A stretch of DNA of 61,944 bases from a virus (IMGVR_UViG_3300031555_010392:64001-125944), one strand, 5' to 3'; counted from the stretch's first letter, positions 19,430 to 30,138 are shown. Made by a program: numbers and translations. Notes: a model not told the origin generated them from the sequence alone.

Positions 19430-20251
19430 ATGGATATTAACAATTTTGTTATCGAGCGCGTTCGTCGTGCAACTATGTTCTCCACTTCCACTGGTGAGGC
19501 CATGTGGAATATTAACCAGGTCGAAGAGCCTGCTCTGAATGTAACCACCGAGAAGGCTGAAGCTGTGGACGCTATGGGCGTTAAGATCGCTGAGTTTGAT
19601 CGCGCTAAGAACGCTGAATTCACTGCTCAGAACTCTCTGTTTGACTTCGGTCTGGCCGCTGCTCAGTTTGGCCGCGAAAAGGAAGTCGCCACCGAGACTG
19701 CTACTTTGGTTGTGCCTAAGTGGGAAGAGATCAAGGTGACTCAGGCTATGATCGATGAGGGCGCTGTTACTCTGCAGGAAGTTCCCGTTGGTGTTGCTGG
19801 TGCTGAAATTCCCTTCATTTATACTCTGAACGGTGATGGCTCTCTGAAGAATAAGTTTGCTATTGGCGCTGAAGCCAATGCTGCTGCTTTTGCTCTGGCT
19901 GCTGCCGATAAGAAGATTACTCTTCCCACTGGTCTGACTGCTGGCGTTCGTCTGTGGATCCCCTATGAGTTCGCCGCTGCTTCTGCCGTGGTTGTGTCTA
20001 ACACCGCCATCGACTTCCCCAAGGCTGGTAAGTTTGTTATGGAAGTCCTGGGTTCTGATGTGTGCGATCCTTCTAAGAAGTATTATGCCTACATCGAGTT
20101 CCCCAATGCTAAGCTGTCTGGCGACGTTGACTTTACCTTCACTACTGAAGGCAAGCATCCCTTCACCATTCAGGCTATGCAGCAGTATTGCGATGAAGAG
20201 AAGCGTCTCTTTAGCATTAAGATCCCCGAGGTGGCCACTACTGCGGCCTAA
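19430..20251 (+). CDS. Major tail (tube) protein
   Basis: 273 aa with strong codon bias, beta-rich, AYIEFPNAKLSGD pattern, position. Confidence 0.75.
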   Translation: MDINNFVIERVRRATMFSTSTGEAMWNINQVEEPALNVTTEKAEAVDAMGVKIAEFDRAKNAEFTAQNSLFDFGLAAAQFGREKEVATETATLVVPKWEEIKVTQAMIDEGAVTLQEVPVGVAGAEIPFIYTLNGDGSLKNKFAIGAEANAAAFALAAADKKITLPTGLTAGVRLWIPYEFAAASAVVVSNTAIDFPKAGKFVMEVLGSDVCDPSKKYYAYIEFPNAKLSGDVDFTFTTEGKHPFTIQAMQQYCDEEKRLFSIKIPEVATTAA

Positions 20252-20278
20252 TTTTGTTCTTTAAAGGGGTGATGCAAT

Positions 20279-20671
20279 ATGCAGAATAAGGGCCATAACC
20301 ATAATTGCATTATTTGCGGTGAAGGTTATTATTATTGCAATGATTGCGGAGCCATGAAATCTTTTACCCCTTGGCGTAGAGTCGCGTGTTCTATCGAATG
20401 CTATCAAACTTATCTTGCATTTATGGATTATCGTGATCATGATCATGATAGTGAAAAGTTCGCGAAGGCAATTGATCAGATTGGTATGGACGTTCGAAAG
20501 TTACCCGTGGCTCTAACCAAGGTGTATGAGAATGGAAAGCAAGCAATTGCTGAAAAGGAACGTCCTGCATCGCAGGATCTTTTTGTTTCTGAGGTTGAAC
20601 AGGAGCAAGCGCCTGTCCTTCCTCAATTTAATAAAACGGATTATTACAAACATACCCGTAAGAAGAAGTGA
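20279..20671 (+). CDS. Cys-rich hypothetical protein
   Basis: CIICG..YCNDC and CSIEC motifs. Confidence 0.6.
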   Translation: MQNKGHNHNCIICGEGYYYCNDCGAMKSFTPWRRVACSIECYQTYLAFMDYRDHDHDSEKFAKAIDQIGMDVRKLPVALTKVYENGKQAIAEKERPASQDLFVSEVEQEQAPVLPQFNKTDYYKHTRKKK

Positions 20672-20677
20672 TTTTAC

Positions 20678-20714
20678 GGGGCGTATCTTAGATCGATACG
20701 CCCCTTTTTTATTT
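20678..20714 (+). terminator. Intrinsic terminator
   Basis: GGGGCGTATC/GATACGCCCC followed by TTTTTTATTT. Confidence 0.75.
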
Positions 20715-20733
20715 GAGTTGGAGGAGTGGGAGG

Positions 20734-20940
20734 ATGAGAACAAGGTCTACTGTGACCGACAGGGTATATGAGCCTGACCTGATGTTTTATATTGTGAACC
20801 CTGTCCAGATTGCAAGATATTTGAAACATGGAGCAACGTTATACGATCTTTTTGAAAGTGGAGATAATCTTGTCGCAGTATTTTCGAAACGTGAGACAAG
20901 TGAATTATATAAATTATGGCAACGCCATGAGCTGAAGTAG
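20734..20940 (+). CDS. Small hypothetical protein (DUF5659-like)
   Basis: QIARYLKHG...VAVFSK...LYKLW pattern; RBS GAGGAG. Confidence 0.55.
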   Translation: MRTRSTVTDRVYEPDLMFYIVNPVQIARYLKHGATLYDLFESGDNLVAVFSKRETSELYKLWQRHELK

Positions 20941-20947
20941 GTGGTCA

Positions 20948-21460
20948 GTGTTGAAAATTTTAGCTTTCGACCAGGCGAGTCAGATGACCGGAGCTGCTTG
21001 GTTTGAGGATACAACTTTACTAGGTTATACGGTCATCAATTTTAAAAAAATCAAAGATGCTCGTGAACGAATGGGCGCGATGATTCAAGAAATGTATAAA
21101 CTGATTCAGGAAATAAAACCTGATGTGATTGTTTTTGAGGACGTGGTAATGCAACGTAATGCCGCTAGTCTTATTATTTTAGCCAGACTTCAGGGCGCCT
21201 TAATGGCTTATTGCTATGAACACGCAATTATTTGGGTGGTGTATAAGCCTTCTGAATGGCGTAGAATGCTACATTTCAAACAGGGGAGTAGGGTCAAGCG
21301 TGAGATTCTCAAGGCCCAAGCTAAGGCGTTTGTAAAGAAGTATTATGAAGTGGACGTTAATGAAGATGAAGCAGATGCTATTTGCATTGGCTGTGCTTTT
21401 GCTTGTGTACAAAATGCTTTAAGTATGGGTGATGAAGATGGCGGCAGAGCAATTAAATAA
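20948..21460 (+). CDS. RuvC-like Holliday junction resolvase
   Basis: ILAFDQAS, VFEDVV and EDEADAICI acidic triad. Confidence 0.8.
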   Translation: MLKILAFDQASQMTGAAWFEDTTLLGYTVINFKKIKDARERMGAMIQEMYKLIQEIKPDVIVFEDVVMQRNAASLIILARLQGALMAYCYEHAIIWVVYKPSEWRRMLHFKQGSRVKREILKAQAKAFVKKYYEVDVNEDEADAICIGCAFACVQNALSMGDEDGGRAIK

Positions 21461-21728
21461 TAAGGCGTTAGAAACGCTATGTAACGAAATACTCAAAGCG
21501 GTTGAGGTAAAGGCCAAAAGTGTTTATACACAAATGTCTAAAAAAACCACAAAAATTTCTGCTTTAAGCGCATACCCATTGGGTGCCTTATGCTTTTTAA
21601 AAGAAGGGATGAATCCCAATTTGATTTTTGGTGGCAAATGGGAGCAGTTGGCAGGAAATTTGTCGCTCAGCGGAAATGGTGAGACAGTTGAATTGAGCGG
21701 CGTTAAAGTATGGCAACGATTTGAATAA
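21429..21728 (+). CDS. Small structural protein with a baseplate Gp10-like C-terminal motif
   Basis: YPLGAL....GMNPNLIFGGKWEQL resembles the YPxGSIY...NP...FGGTW motif. Confidence 0.5.
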   Translation: MMKMAAEQLNNKALETLCNEILKAVEVKAKSVYTQMSKKTTKISALSAYPLGALCFLKEGMNPNLIFGGKWEQLAGNLSLSGNGETVELSGVKVWQRFE

Positions 21729-21742
21729 TGGAGGGCTAAATA

Positions 21743-22225
21743 ATGGAAGATATGAAAATTGTCGAGTGCAACGTGGATGGTAAACTGGTTAAGATTGAAG
21801 TGAAGAAAACGATACCTTATATTAAACGGGTGGCTGCCTCTAATGTAATTGCAGAAGCTATCATGTCGGAGAATGGGGAGTATCATCCTTGGGCATTTGA
21901 TATCCATTTTACAATTTTTATTCTTAGTGCGTATACTGATTTTATTTTCCCGGAGAGCTGGGACGATAATGAAGTTTATAAGTTTAGCCGCAGTGCTCAA
22001 TTTGAAGTAATCTTTGAAACCATTAACGACAACGAACGTAAAGAGGTTTGTGAGTGGGTGGAAAAGCTCGTTGAATATAGGAAGAAGTGTTTTGAAAAGA
22101 ACGCCGTGTCTCGTTTACTTGATACAGCTAAAGAGTTTTTCAAAGTGTTTCAAGAAATGCTTCTAAATAATCCCGATATTTTAGACGCATTTGGATCGCT
22201 ACCTGAGCTTAAGAATTTACAGTAA
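21743..22225 (+). CDS. Putative tail assembly chaperone
   Basis: Position between the tail tube and tape-measure genes; helical, 160 aa. Confidence 0.4.
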   Translation: MEDMKIVECNVDGKLVKIEVKKTIPYIKRVAASNVIAEAIMSENGEYHPWAFDIHFTIFILSAYTDFIFPESWDDNEVYKFSRSAQFEVIFETINDNERKEVCEWVEKLVEYRKKCFEKNAVSRLLDTAKEFFKVFQEMLLNNPDILDAFGSLPELKNLQ

Positions 22226-22237
22226 TTATGATATAAT
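22209..22237 (+). promoter_or_regulatory. Sigma-A type promoter for the 22271 gene
   Basis: TTAAGA-N17-TATAAT with an extended -10 TG. Confidence 0.6.
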
Positions 22238-22270
22238 ATTCATAAGCTAGTAACCTTATGGAGGGATAAC

Positions 22271-22759
22271 ATGTATTACGAAGAAAATGGGATTGTATTT
22301 GACCAAGAGTGGATTAAGGATCAAAATGGAGTGTGGACTATCCCTTGTTTGGTACTGGGCCATCGTGTGAATTTTCATATTAGATCTAAAGTTTCTGATG
22401 AAGAAAGAAGAAAATTTGTTGAGCAAATGGCGGTTGCTTTCTTTGTGCGTATGGGTTCTAGCATTGTTTTTGATACCAATGCTTATCAGTTATGGCGAGA
22501 CCAAGTAGAGCGAGGCCGCAGTTTTGAAAAATTCTTTTGCTATACTGATATGCACCAAACGCTGATGAAAGTAATAGAGGAGTATCATTTACAAGACCAA
22601 ATTTCTTTTCCAAAGATTTTTTTAATTGATAGCAATATGCTCCAGTATGCTATAGAGCATATTGTAGGTAAAAACGAATTGGAACAACTCACTTATGAAA
22701 TAGATTCTCTGGTTTGCGAAACGCGCCAGAGGCTGCAAAGTATAATTAAGGGAAAATAG
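22271..22759 (+). CDS. Hypothetical protein, probable moron
   Basis: Has its own promoter and RBS GGAGG; no structural features. Confidence 0.65.
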   Translation: MYYEENGIVFDQEWIKDQNGVWTIPCLVLGHRVNFHIRSKVSDEERRKFVEQMAVAFFVRMGSSIVFDTNAYQLWRDQVERGRSFEKFFCYTDMHQTLMKVIEEYHLQDQISFPKIFLIDSNMLQYAIEHIVGKNELEQLTYEIDSLVCETRQRLQSIIKGK

Positions 22760-22775
22760 GATCTGAGGTGGTGGC

Positions 22776-23231
22776 TTGCCGACATTTGATAGTATAGAAG
22801 CAGCTGTTAATTATGTGAAAGAGAGTATTACGGAAGCTCTCGGTGGAGGCGTTTTGCGAGCCGTTAAAAATGAAGAAGCTTCTCAGATTAAAGATGAGGT
22901 ATATAAAGCATATAAACCCAAATACTACAAACGTAGAAAAGATATGTATGCACCAGGCAATATTGTTGGATCAGTTGATGGGTTAACTTTAACTGTATAC
23001 AATATTACTCCTCCGAGTGACGAACATATGCCGCGTTTTAGGAAAAATACGCCTGCGCCAACTACTGATAAAGATTTGGCGTCAGTTATTGAAACGGGTG
23101 AGGGATATGATTGGTATAGCCCTGGGCCTAGACCGTTCACGCAATCAACCGTTGAAGCTCTCGCGATTTCAAAAGAGCATGTTATTGCGTTAAAAAAACA
23201 TTTGAGGTCAAAAGGAATTCGAGTAATTTAA
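22776..23231 (+). CDS. Putative tail-completion (HK97 gp10-like) protein
   Basis: Basic; GPRPFTQSTV motif; lies just before the tape-measure gene. Confidence 0.5.
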   Translation: MPTFDSIEAAVNYVKESITEALGGGVLRAVKNEEASQIKDEVYKAYKPKYYKRRKDMYAPGNIVGSVDGLTLTVYNITPPSDEHMPRFRKNTPAPTTDKDLASVIETGEGYDWYSPGPRPFTQSTVEALAISKEHVIALKKHLRSKGIRVI

Positions 23232-23251
23232 AAACTGAATAAATAATTTAT

Positions 23252-23277
23252 AAGCGGGGTTCATCCCGCTTTTTCTT
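23252..23277 (+). terminator. Terminator-like hairpin before the tape-measure gene
   Basis: AAGCGGG/CCCGCTT followed by TTT. Confidence 0.55.
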
Positions 23278-23296
23278 ATGCCTATGAAAAGGAGGG

Positions 23297-26200
23297 ATGA
23301 ACATGCCAGATGAATTAAGTGTAAAAATAGATGTTCTATTAGGCGTAAAGGAAGGCGAAGTAAAAAATATCAAGGCTCAGCTGGAAGACGAAAAAATAAA
23401 TGTCCCAGTTAATCTTGACGTGAAAGGGACAGATAAGGTAGATAAAAAACTTTCTCAGCTTCAGCAGCGTGCGCAAAAATATGCTGGTGAAATTCGAAAG
23501 ATTATAGCCAGTGTGCCTGAAATAGATAAGACTTTTAGAGGTTATACATTTTCTTCAGGAAAACTTAGGGATGCAAAATCTGAAATTCGTGGGCGCTTAG
23601 CTTTAGCAGAAAAAGAACTGACACCATATCTAAGACAATTAGAATCGCCCGATTTAACAGTTGATCAGCTTAAAGAAGCGCAAAAAGCCTCAAAGAAGGT
23701 TTTGGCAGATATATACCGCGCTCAAATGATGAGCGAAATGGCATCAGTCGGCAAAATGTTGACTCAAGGGGATAAGGCAGTTTCAAATGCTATTCTTCCT
23801 GATGAAGAAAGAAAGAAGCTTAAGAAAAATCTTTCCTTGTTGCGCAAAGACTACAATAAATTTTTTGATACCATCGATGAGAAGGCAAAGAAAATTGCGG
23901 TTGGCAAAGAGGATTTTTATGCTTTAAGAACAAGTGAGTTTGCTTCCATTGGCAAAATGGAGCGTGTACTTGAAAAAATTCCGCAGGAAATCGCTATTGC
24001 TGCAAATATTACCCCTGCTGTTGATCAAAAGGCAATTCAAACAGAAATTAATTCCGCGGTTGAAAACATAAAAATAACTAAGCCAGTTAAAGTGCCTATC
24101 GAGTTGATTGTTAAAGAGGATGTTAGCAGTGCCGATGATTCATCGGCGATTTCTAGTGTTGTTTCTTATAATGAAAAGAATTTTGGGAGCGCACTTAAGG
24201 CTGATGAGAAACTTCGTAATTTGTATGGAAAATTCCAGGATGATTATGAAGATCTTGTGCAACAGTTCCTCATGGGCGAGGAAGATGAAGAATATCGGCA
24301 AAAAGCTCAAAGTCTAATACAGGATGTAATTAACAATCGCAAAATGGAGCCTGGTAAGCTTCTGCAGGCGATTAGGGATAAATATAATAAAGACGGCAGC
24401 GAGTTTAATATTGGCAAGCGTGAAATTGGAAAAATACTTACTTTTGCTAATCATTTAGAGAATAAATTCGCCCCGGCTCTTGAAAAAACAATTGCGAAAA
24501 TTGAAACCGACCTATCTTCCAGAGTGCAGAAGTCAGCAATTGCTTTACAGCACACTATAGATCCTGAGAATCTCCTAAAAGCCTCAAAAACAAATGGCCT
24601 TATTGCCCCTAGTGGTGCCGTTTTTAATACGTCTCACGTGCCACAATTATATGGAAATGTTGGCCTATTTTTTGATGGCGCGACATTTGATCCTAGACTT
24701 CATCAAGATTCGCATTTGTTTGGAGCTGACGGCAATACACCGGTTGTAGGAAATTTAAAAACCAGAAAAATCAGGAAACAAGACGGGACTATTGAAACTC
24801 AATTATATAGTGAGTTAGAAAAAGCATGGTTGCCTTTTACTGCTGAAAATGCAGCGAATATCATGCGCAATGAATACCCGCTGGTCAATCTGCCCGGTCA
24901 TTTCGGGAAAAGTTTTGACGCTCCAGAAGATTTTGAAGAAGTCGGCGAGTCTCTGAAACAAGCATTTATAAAAAGGTATGCCAACTTTGATGAGCTGTTG
25001 GCAGATTCAGATCGTTTATTGGATGCTGTAAAAACCAATGGCGGTATAAAAGATGCTGGAAATATTGATGCGGATCAGCATAAGGCATACGCACAAAAAT
25101 ATAGAGAAATTCAAACTGATATTTTGAATGCTATGGGGAAAGATGCCATTGATAGCGTTGACCCACAAATTTTTAAGGCTGTTACAGATGCTATTGTTAG
25201 TGACACATCCCCGATGCTGGCAAATGAGAATGAATTTGTATCCTCTTTGCAAAAAAGCTTTGATGAAACGGGTATTCAACTAAATAACGAGATAATTCAG
25301 AAGTTGGTAAGCCTTAGAAACAGCATGGCGAACAATTTGGCCGATTATTTTGAAGCAAAAATTATGCGCGATGTCGGCATTGAAGAAGCTCGCGCAGCTG
25401 TTGTGCCGCGGAATGTTGATCCTGCGGTTCGCCAAGAACTTACAAAAAGAAATATCCCTATTTATGAATATGAATATACCGAACTCCCTAAAGCAAAAGA
25501 TTTTCAGGGAGATCAAAAAGCTTATAAAGAAGCCTTTGTTAGAATTAATGAGGCGAATGAAAGAGCTTATCTTGAAGCTGTTAACAGGGTAATTGCCGAT
25601 CATCCTGAGCTTAATTTAAGAAATTACAAGACAAAGTTGCCGCCAATTGCTGCGGATAGTAGCAAGAAAGAAGCTGAATTCCGTAAACAGGCAAATGACT
25701 TGATGGCTCGTTTTACACGTGCATCTTCTGAAGAGATTGTTCCTAAAGTAGACCCTTCTGAGATTGAGAATGCTGGCGCTGAGGCGAAACAACTCTCAAA
25801 TACTTTGGCAAATCTCGAGGGTGAAAGCACACATGTGCATGTTAATGCTGATGAGGTTAAAACAGCAACTAAAGAAGCGGAAAGGTTGCTTGCGCTTCCC
25901 GCGCCGCAATATGAGGAGCTATCTCCTTATCAAAAGCCTAGCGCAGAAGCGCTTCGCAATGTTGATGCTATTTATGATTGGACAACTTACGAGCGAGCGC
26001 TTGAACCGATTTGGAATAAAATGCGCGATGGGTTATCTCATCCTCAGTTTATCCCAATTGGCGGAAGGACCCTTCAGGATTTAGTTGATAATTATCGTAC
26101 TGGGCTACAGGGTGCCAATTTGTTGCCCGATGCGAGCGGCAGTATTGGCAGGTTTCCTGGGGTGGGTACTTCATCTGCTTCTATACCTGTTGATATAAAT

Positions 26201-28333
26201 GTGGATCCTGATATTCACGTAAATAATCCCGTAGAAGTAAAAGAAGAAGTCAAGAAGGTCGTAGAAAATGCAACCAAATCTAGTGGCTCCACAAAAGCAG
26301 AAGCAGATGTTGAAATAGAAACAAATGTTGAGATTGCCGATCCGCATGGCATGATGAATGACATCAAAGCAGAAATTGAAAAGAATAAAAAACTGGTTGA
26401 TGACATTAGCGAAATGCCTAGGTCGATAATGAGCAAACAACAGGCAGATAATCGTGTCAGTCAGTTGCAGCAAAATATAAAGCATCTTGAACATTTGCAA
26501 AATGTGCTGCAGCAAACGGGAAACATGCTGCCCGATAATTATGAGTCTATTTTTGCTCAGAGCAGGAAGCTTCAAGAGAAAGCTTTTAAAAATATCCATT
26601 TAGAAACCTTTGAGCAGCAGGGCGATAAGCTTAAAAATATGTTCTCTGAAATTACTCAGGCAATGGGCTCGTTACACGGCGATAAAGATTTCTCTAATCT
26701 GTTTGATGCCGCCTCTAATTCTTTGCAGGTTTACAGCGACCAGTATGCTAAAGTCCTTGAGCTTTCCAAGCAAGGCAACTTAACCGGTGAAGATATTGCT
26801 TCTTTAAATAAGGCATATGTTCAGGCTGCACACGATGTTGAGGCTTATGCGAAAGCGGTCAAAGACGCCTCGAAAGCTGAAGAAAAGCAAACCAACGCTG
26901 CTAAGAAAAATCAAGCGGCAATGGAGACTGCAAAAACAAAAATCCAAGAAATGCTTGAACTTCAGAAAAAATATGAAAAAGCATTCAAGGATCCTGCTTG
27001 GGCGCAGTCTTATAATAACATTTTAGCTGGCTATCAGGCCATTGGCCCCGATACAGAAAACGCCGCGGATAGGGTCGCAAGTCTTAACAAGCAACTTGCG
27101 GCATTAAAAGCCCAAGCTCGTGCGGCTGGCACCGCAACAACTACTTTTGGGACTTCACTTGAGAAAGCCTTTAGCCGTTTTGGCCGGTGGTTTAGCGCAT
27201 CTGAGATTTTCATGTTTATTGTCAATAAAACGAAAGAAATGATTGGCAATGTAAAAGCTATCGATTCTGCAATGACAGATCTCCGTAAGGTTACTGATGC
27301 GAGTGAAGGACAGTACGACAAATACTTAACTAGCGCAGCACAGCGTAGTGCTGATATGAGTGCAAGAATTACCGGCTATATTGGTGGGACAAATCAATTT
27401 GCGCGTCTTGGTTATGGTATTGAGGATGCACAAAAACTTGGTGAAGTCGCAACGATTTATGCCCAAGTTGGCGACGATATTCAAGGAATTGAGGATGCCT
27501 CTAGTAGTATTATTGCTACAATGAAGGCGTTTGATATTGAAGCAGACAACGCTATGTCCATTGTTGACAAATTTAACAGAGCTGGTAATGCTTACGCAGT
27601 TTCCAGCGGCAACATTGGCGCAATGCTTCAACGCTCTGCGGCCGCTATGGCATCTGCAGGAAACGATATTAATCAGACAATTGCCATGGGCACTGCTATG
27701 GCAGAAGTCAACCGCGACGCTGAAAAATCTGGCGCCGCGTTAAAAGTGCTTGCTCTTCGTCTAAGAGGTTCTAAAACTGAGCTTGAAGAGATGGGTGAGA
27801 GCACGGAAACCATGGCCACTTCAACTAGCAAACTTCGTGAGCAGATCCTAGCTCTTACGAACGTTGATGGTACTGGTGGCTTTGATATTATGGATGCAGA
27901 TGGTTTTAAGTCCACTTATGAAATGATCGATGGTATTGCCAACGCATTTAATAAGATGGATGATGGTAGCGAAAATGCCGCGGCTTTGTTGGAGCTTATT
28001 GCTGGTAAGAACCGTGCTTCTGATGTTGCCGGTATGATGAAAAACTGGGAAACGGCTAAAAATGTGTATAAAGATATGCTTAATGCCGAAGGCAGCGCAA
28101 TGGAAGAGTACGAAAAGTGGCAGAAATCCATTGAAGCTAAGTCTGAAAAGCTCGGTTCCAACTTTGAGCGTATGTCAGTTGCTGTTTTTGACACAGAAGT
28201 TCTCAGTGCATTCTATAATATTCTAAATAGCATTCTCTCTGTTTTCAGTGGAATTGCTGAAGTTGCGGGTGGCATTCCGACTATTGTTGGACTTGCTTTT
28301 GCTGCTTTGGCAAAAATTAAACCTGATTCTGGT
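23297..28333 (+). CDS. Tape measure protein, exon 1
   Basis: TP901-type TMP core at ~27250-28150 (IDSAMTDLRKVT...IVDKFN...LALRLRG); ends ...KPDSG at the group I 5' splice site. Confidence 0.88.
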
Positions 28334-28766
28334 ATTGTAAAAGTACAATATGCCCCGCTTATGAAGAACTCATTGGCGGCGTAAACTCGTATATGCTGGG
28401 AAAAAGATGATGAGATAGATCAGCTACAACATGGCCCGAAAGGGCGAGTGTGAATGCAGGTGGGGAAACCCTTCACGGGAGTGGGAAAGAAAATGGTCTA
28501 TTAAGTATATGGCGCGAGCCTACGTACAGGTGCTTCCATAATAAATAGCACACGTCTTTGGTCAGCAGGGGAATGATGAAAGTTGGAGCCTGATCAGCTC
28601 CGGCGATTGGATCAGCATTACCCTCACAGACTGCAAGGAGTTGGGGCGATAGAGATTCGCCTTTGATGGACAGTCGGACTGGTGGAGTGAAAATGGATAG
28701 CTCCACGCGTGAGTTTAAAGACTACACGCTGGCTAACGCTGGTGGCTGCGAAAGTGCCATAAGCTA

Positions 28767-28795
28767 TTGAAAAAAAGAAATAATAGGAGTACAAT
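28767..28795 (+). promoter_or_regulatory. Sigma-A promoter for the plus-strand cargo operon
   Basis: TTGAAA-N17-TACAAT, followed by RBS AAGGAGGTG. Confidence 0.75.
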
Positions 28796-28816
28796 GATTT
28801 AAAAGGAGGTGAGCTC

Positions 28817-29062
28817 ATGGCTTCTAAGCAACAGGAGGAAGACTTTCAGTGGTTTTTGAAAAATTATGCTTCATTGTCAGAGAAATATGCCCCCGCATAT
28901 TTGATTATCAAAAACGGCTCTGTACTTGGAGCTGAAGTGACTCCTGGTGACGCACTAAATAAAGCGCTTATTACAGAAGAAATGGGTAGTTTTATTATTC
29001 AAGAGTGTGATGGGACTGTTGAAGCATATACTAGTTATATTTCTTCTACATGTTTTTTATAA
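28817..29062 (+). CDS. DUF5678-like small protein (intron cargo)
   Basis: FQWFLKNYASLSEKY..YLIIKNGSVLG pattern. Confidence 0.6.
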   Translation: MASKQQEEDFQWFLKNYASLSEKYAPAYLIIKNGSVLGAEVTPGDALNKALITEEMGSFIIQECDGTVEAYTSYISSTCFL

Positions 29063-29094
29063 GATAAATTATACAAAAGACGGGATGAAACGCA

Positions 29095-29583
29095 ATGCTT
29101 TCTTCGCCAATTAGAGCATTTACTTCAACTTATCCTTCATTGAGCAAAAAGTTGATCAATGAAGCTGTGGTTGGTTACAATAAACAAGAGCTAACAGTGC
29201 GAGCTCAATGGGACACCGGTGCTACAACAACTTGTATTTCTAAAGATGTTGTTTCTCACTTAAATCTTATCCCTATTGGTTCTAGACAAATATCTACACC
29301 ATCTGGGAGCTCGGTTGTAAATACTTATATACTTGATATTAAATTGCTCAACAATGTGACGATTCCGCAATTAATCGTATGTGAAACGGAAATTGGGGAT
29401 CAAGGCATTGGGCTACTTGTTGGCATGGATATTATTGGGTTAGGTGATTTTGCTGTTAGCAATTGGGGCGGAAAAACAATTTTTACATTTAGAACCCCCT
29501 CTCAAAGAATAACCGATTATGCAAAACAACTATCCGTGCAAAATGTGATAGGCTCTCTTCATGGAAAGAAACATAGAAAATAA
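29095..29583 (+). CDS. Retropepsin-like aspartyl protease (intron cargo)
   Basis: WDTGATTTCIS catalytic DTG and C-terminal LLVGMDII motif. Confidence 0.85.
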   Translation: MLSSPIRAFTSTYPSLSKKLINEAVVGYNKQELTVRAQWDTGATTTCISKDVVSHLNLIPIGSRQISTPSGSSVVNTYILDIKLLNNVTIPQLIVCETEIGDQGIGLLVGMDIIGLGDFAVSNWGGKTIFTFRTPSQRITDYAKQLSVQNVIGSLHGKKHRK

Positions 29584-29607
29584 AAGAATATTTTGATTGT
29601 TTGTTGG

Positions 29608-29868
29608 CTATTCTCTCCCCAGAATTTCTATGATTTGTGGTCTAAAACCATCCACAAAACTTTGGGCGTCTTCACAGCAAAACACCAAAAACAACATTAA
29701 GGTCAATGCGCAACATCCATGTTCACCTTTTTCAATGGCAGCATAGGATCTGGGGTCAATCAACAAGATCTCAGCAAATTGTGCTTGAGTCATTTGATTA
29801 TCAAAACGCACTTTGGATAAACGTTCTATCAAATAAGTTTGAAGAGCGCATTTACACGCAGTTTTCAT
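29608..29868 (-). CDS. XRE-family HTH protein (intron cargo)
   Basis: MTQAQFAEILLIDPRSYAAIEKG; RBS AAGGAG. Confidence 0.8.
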   Translation of the reverse strand: MKTACKCALQTYLIERLSKVRFDNQMTQAQFAEILLIDPRSYAAIEKGEHGCCALTLMLFLVFCCEDAQSFVDGFRPQIIEILGRE

Positions 29869-29993
29869 TGGCTATTATCTCCTTTTTAGTGATGTGGAAG
29901 ATAATTTTAATGAAAAATGGTAGATGCTGCCATGAGGTATACATCATGAATTTTAAAGAAAAAAAGAAAAGACCGTTAATTTCGGTCTGTAGA

Positions 29994-30022
29994 TTGACTA
30001 TTGAATGAGGATATGATAGCAT
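29994..30022 (+). promoter_or_regulatory. Sigma-A promoter for a small RNA
   Basis: TTGACT-N17-TAGCAT with an extended -10 TG; no ORF downstream before the terminator. Confidence 0.65.
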
Positions 30023-30027
30023 AAGTA

Positions 30028-30138
30028 CGAAGTGAGGACTTCACTGTGCGTAAAGCACCCCATAACAGCTAATTATCAAATCTAATTAGCTAATCAAAAG
30101 TATCGTGCAAGCTGTCAACTGCACGGTACTTTTTGATT
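30028..30138 (+). ncRNA. Candidate antitoxin sRNA (~110 nt)
   Basis: Lies between the promoter and a terminator; hairpins GAAGT/ACTTC, GTGC/GCAC and AGCTAATTA/TAATTAGCT; convergent with a small hydrophobic ORF. Confidence 0.55.
30092..30138. terminator. Bidirectional terminator
   Basis: AATCAAAAGTATCGTGCA/TGCACGGTACTTTTTGATT, with an A-tract and a T-tract on the two sides. Confidence 0.75.

Noticed and set aside
21429-22225. Programmed frameshift between tail chaperone ORFs
   Set aside because: No clear slippery heptamer near a stop, and the second ORF has its own RBS.
29706-30008. 100 aa plus-strand ORF in the cargo
   Set aside because: It overlaps the better-supported minus-strand HTH gene and a promoter region, and has no RBS.
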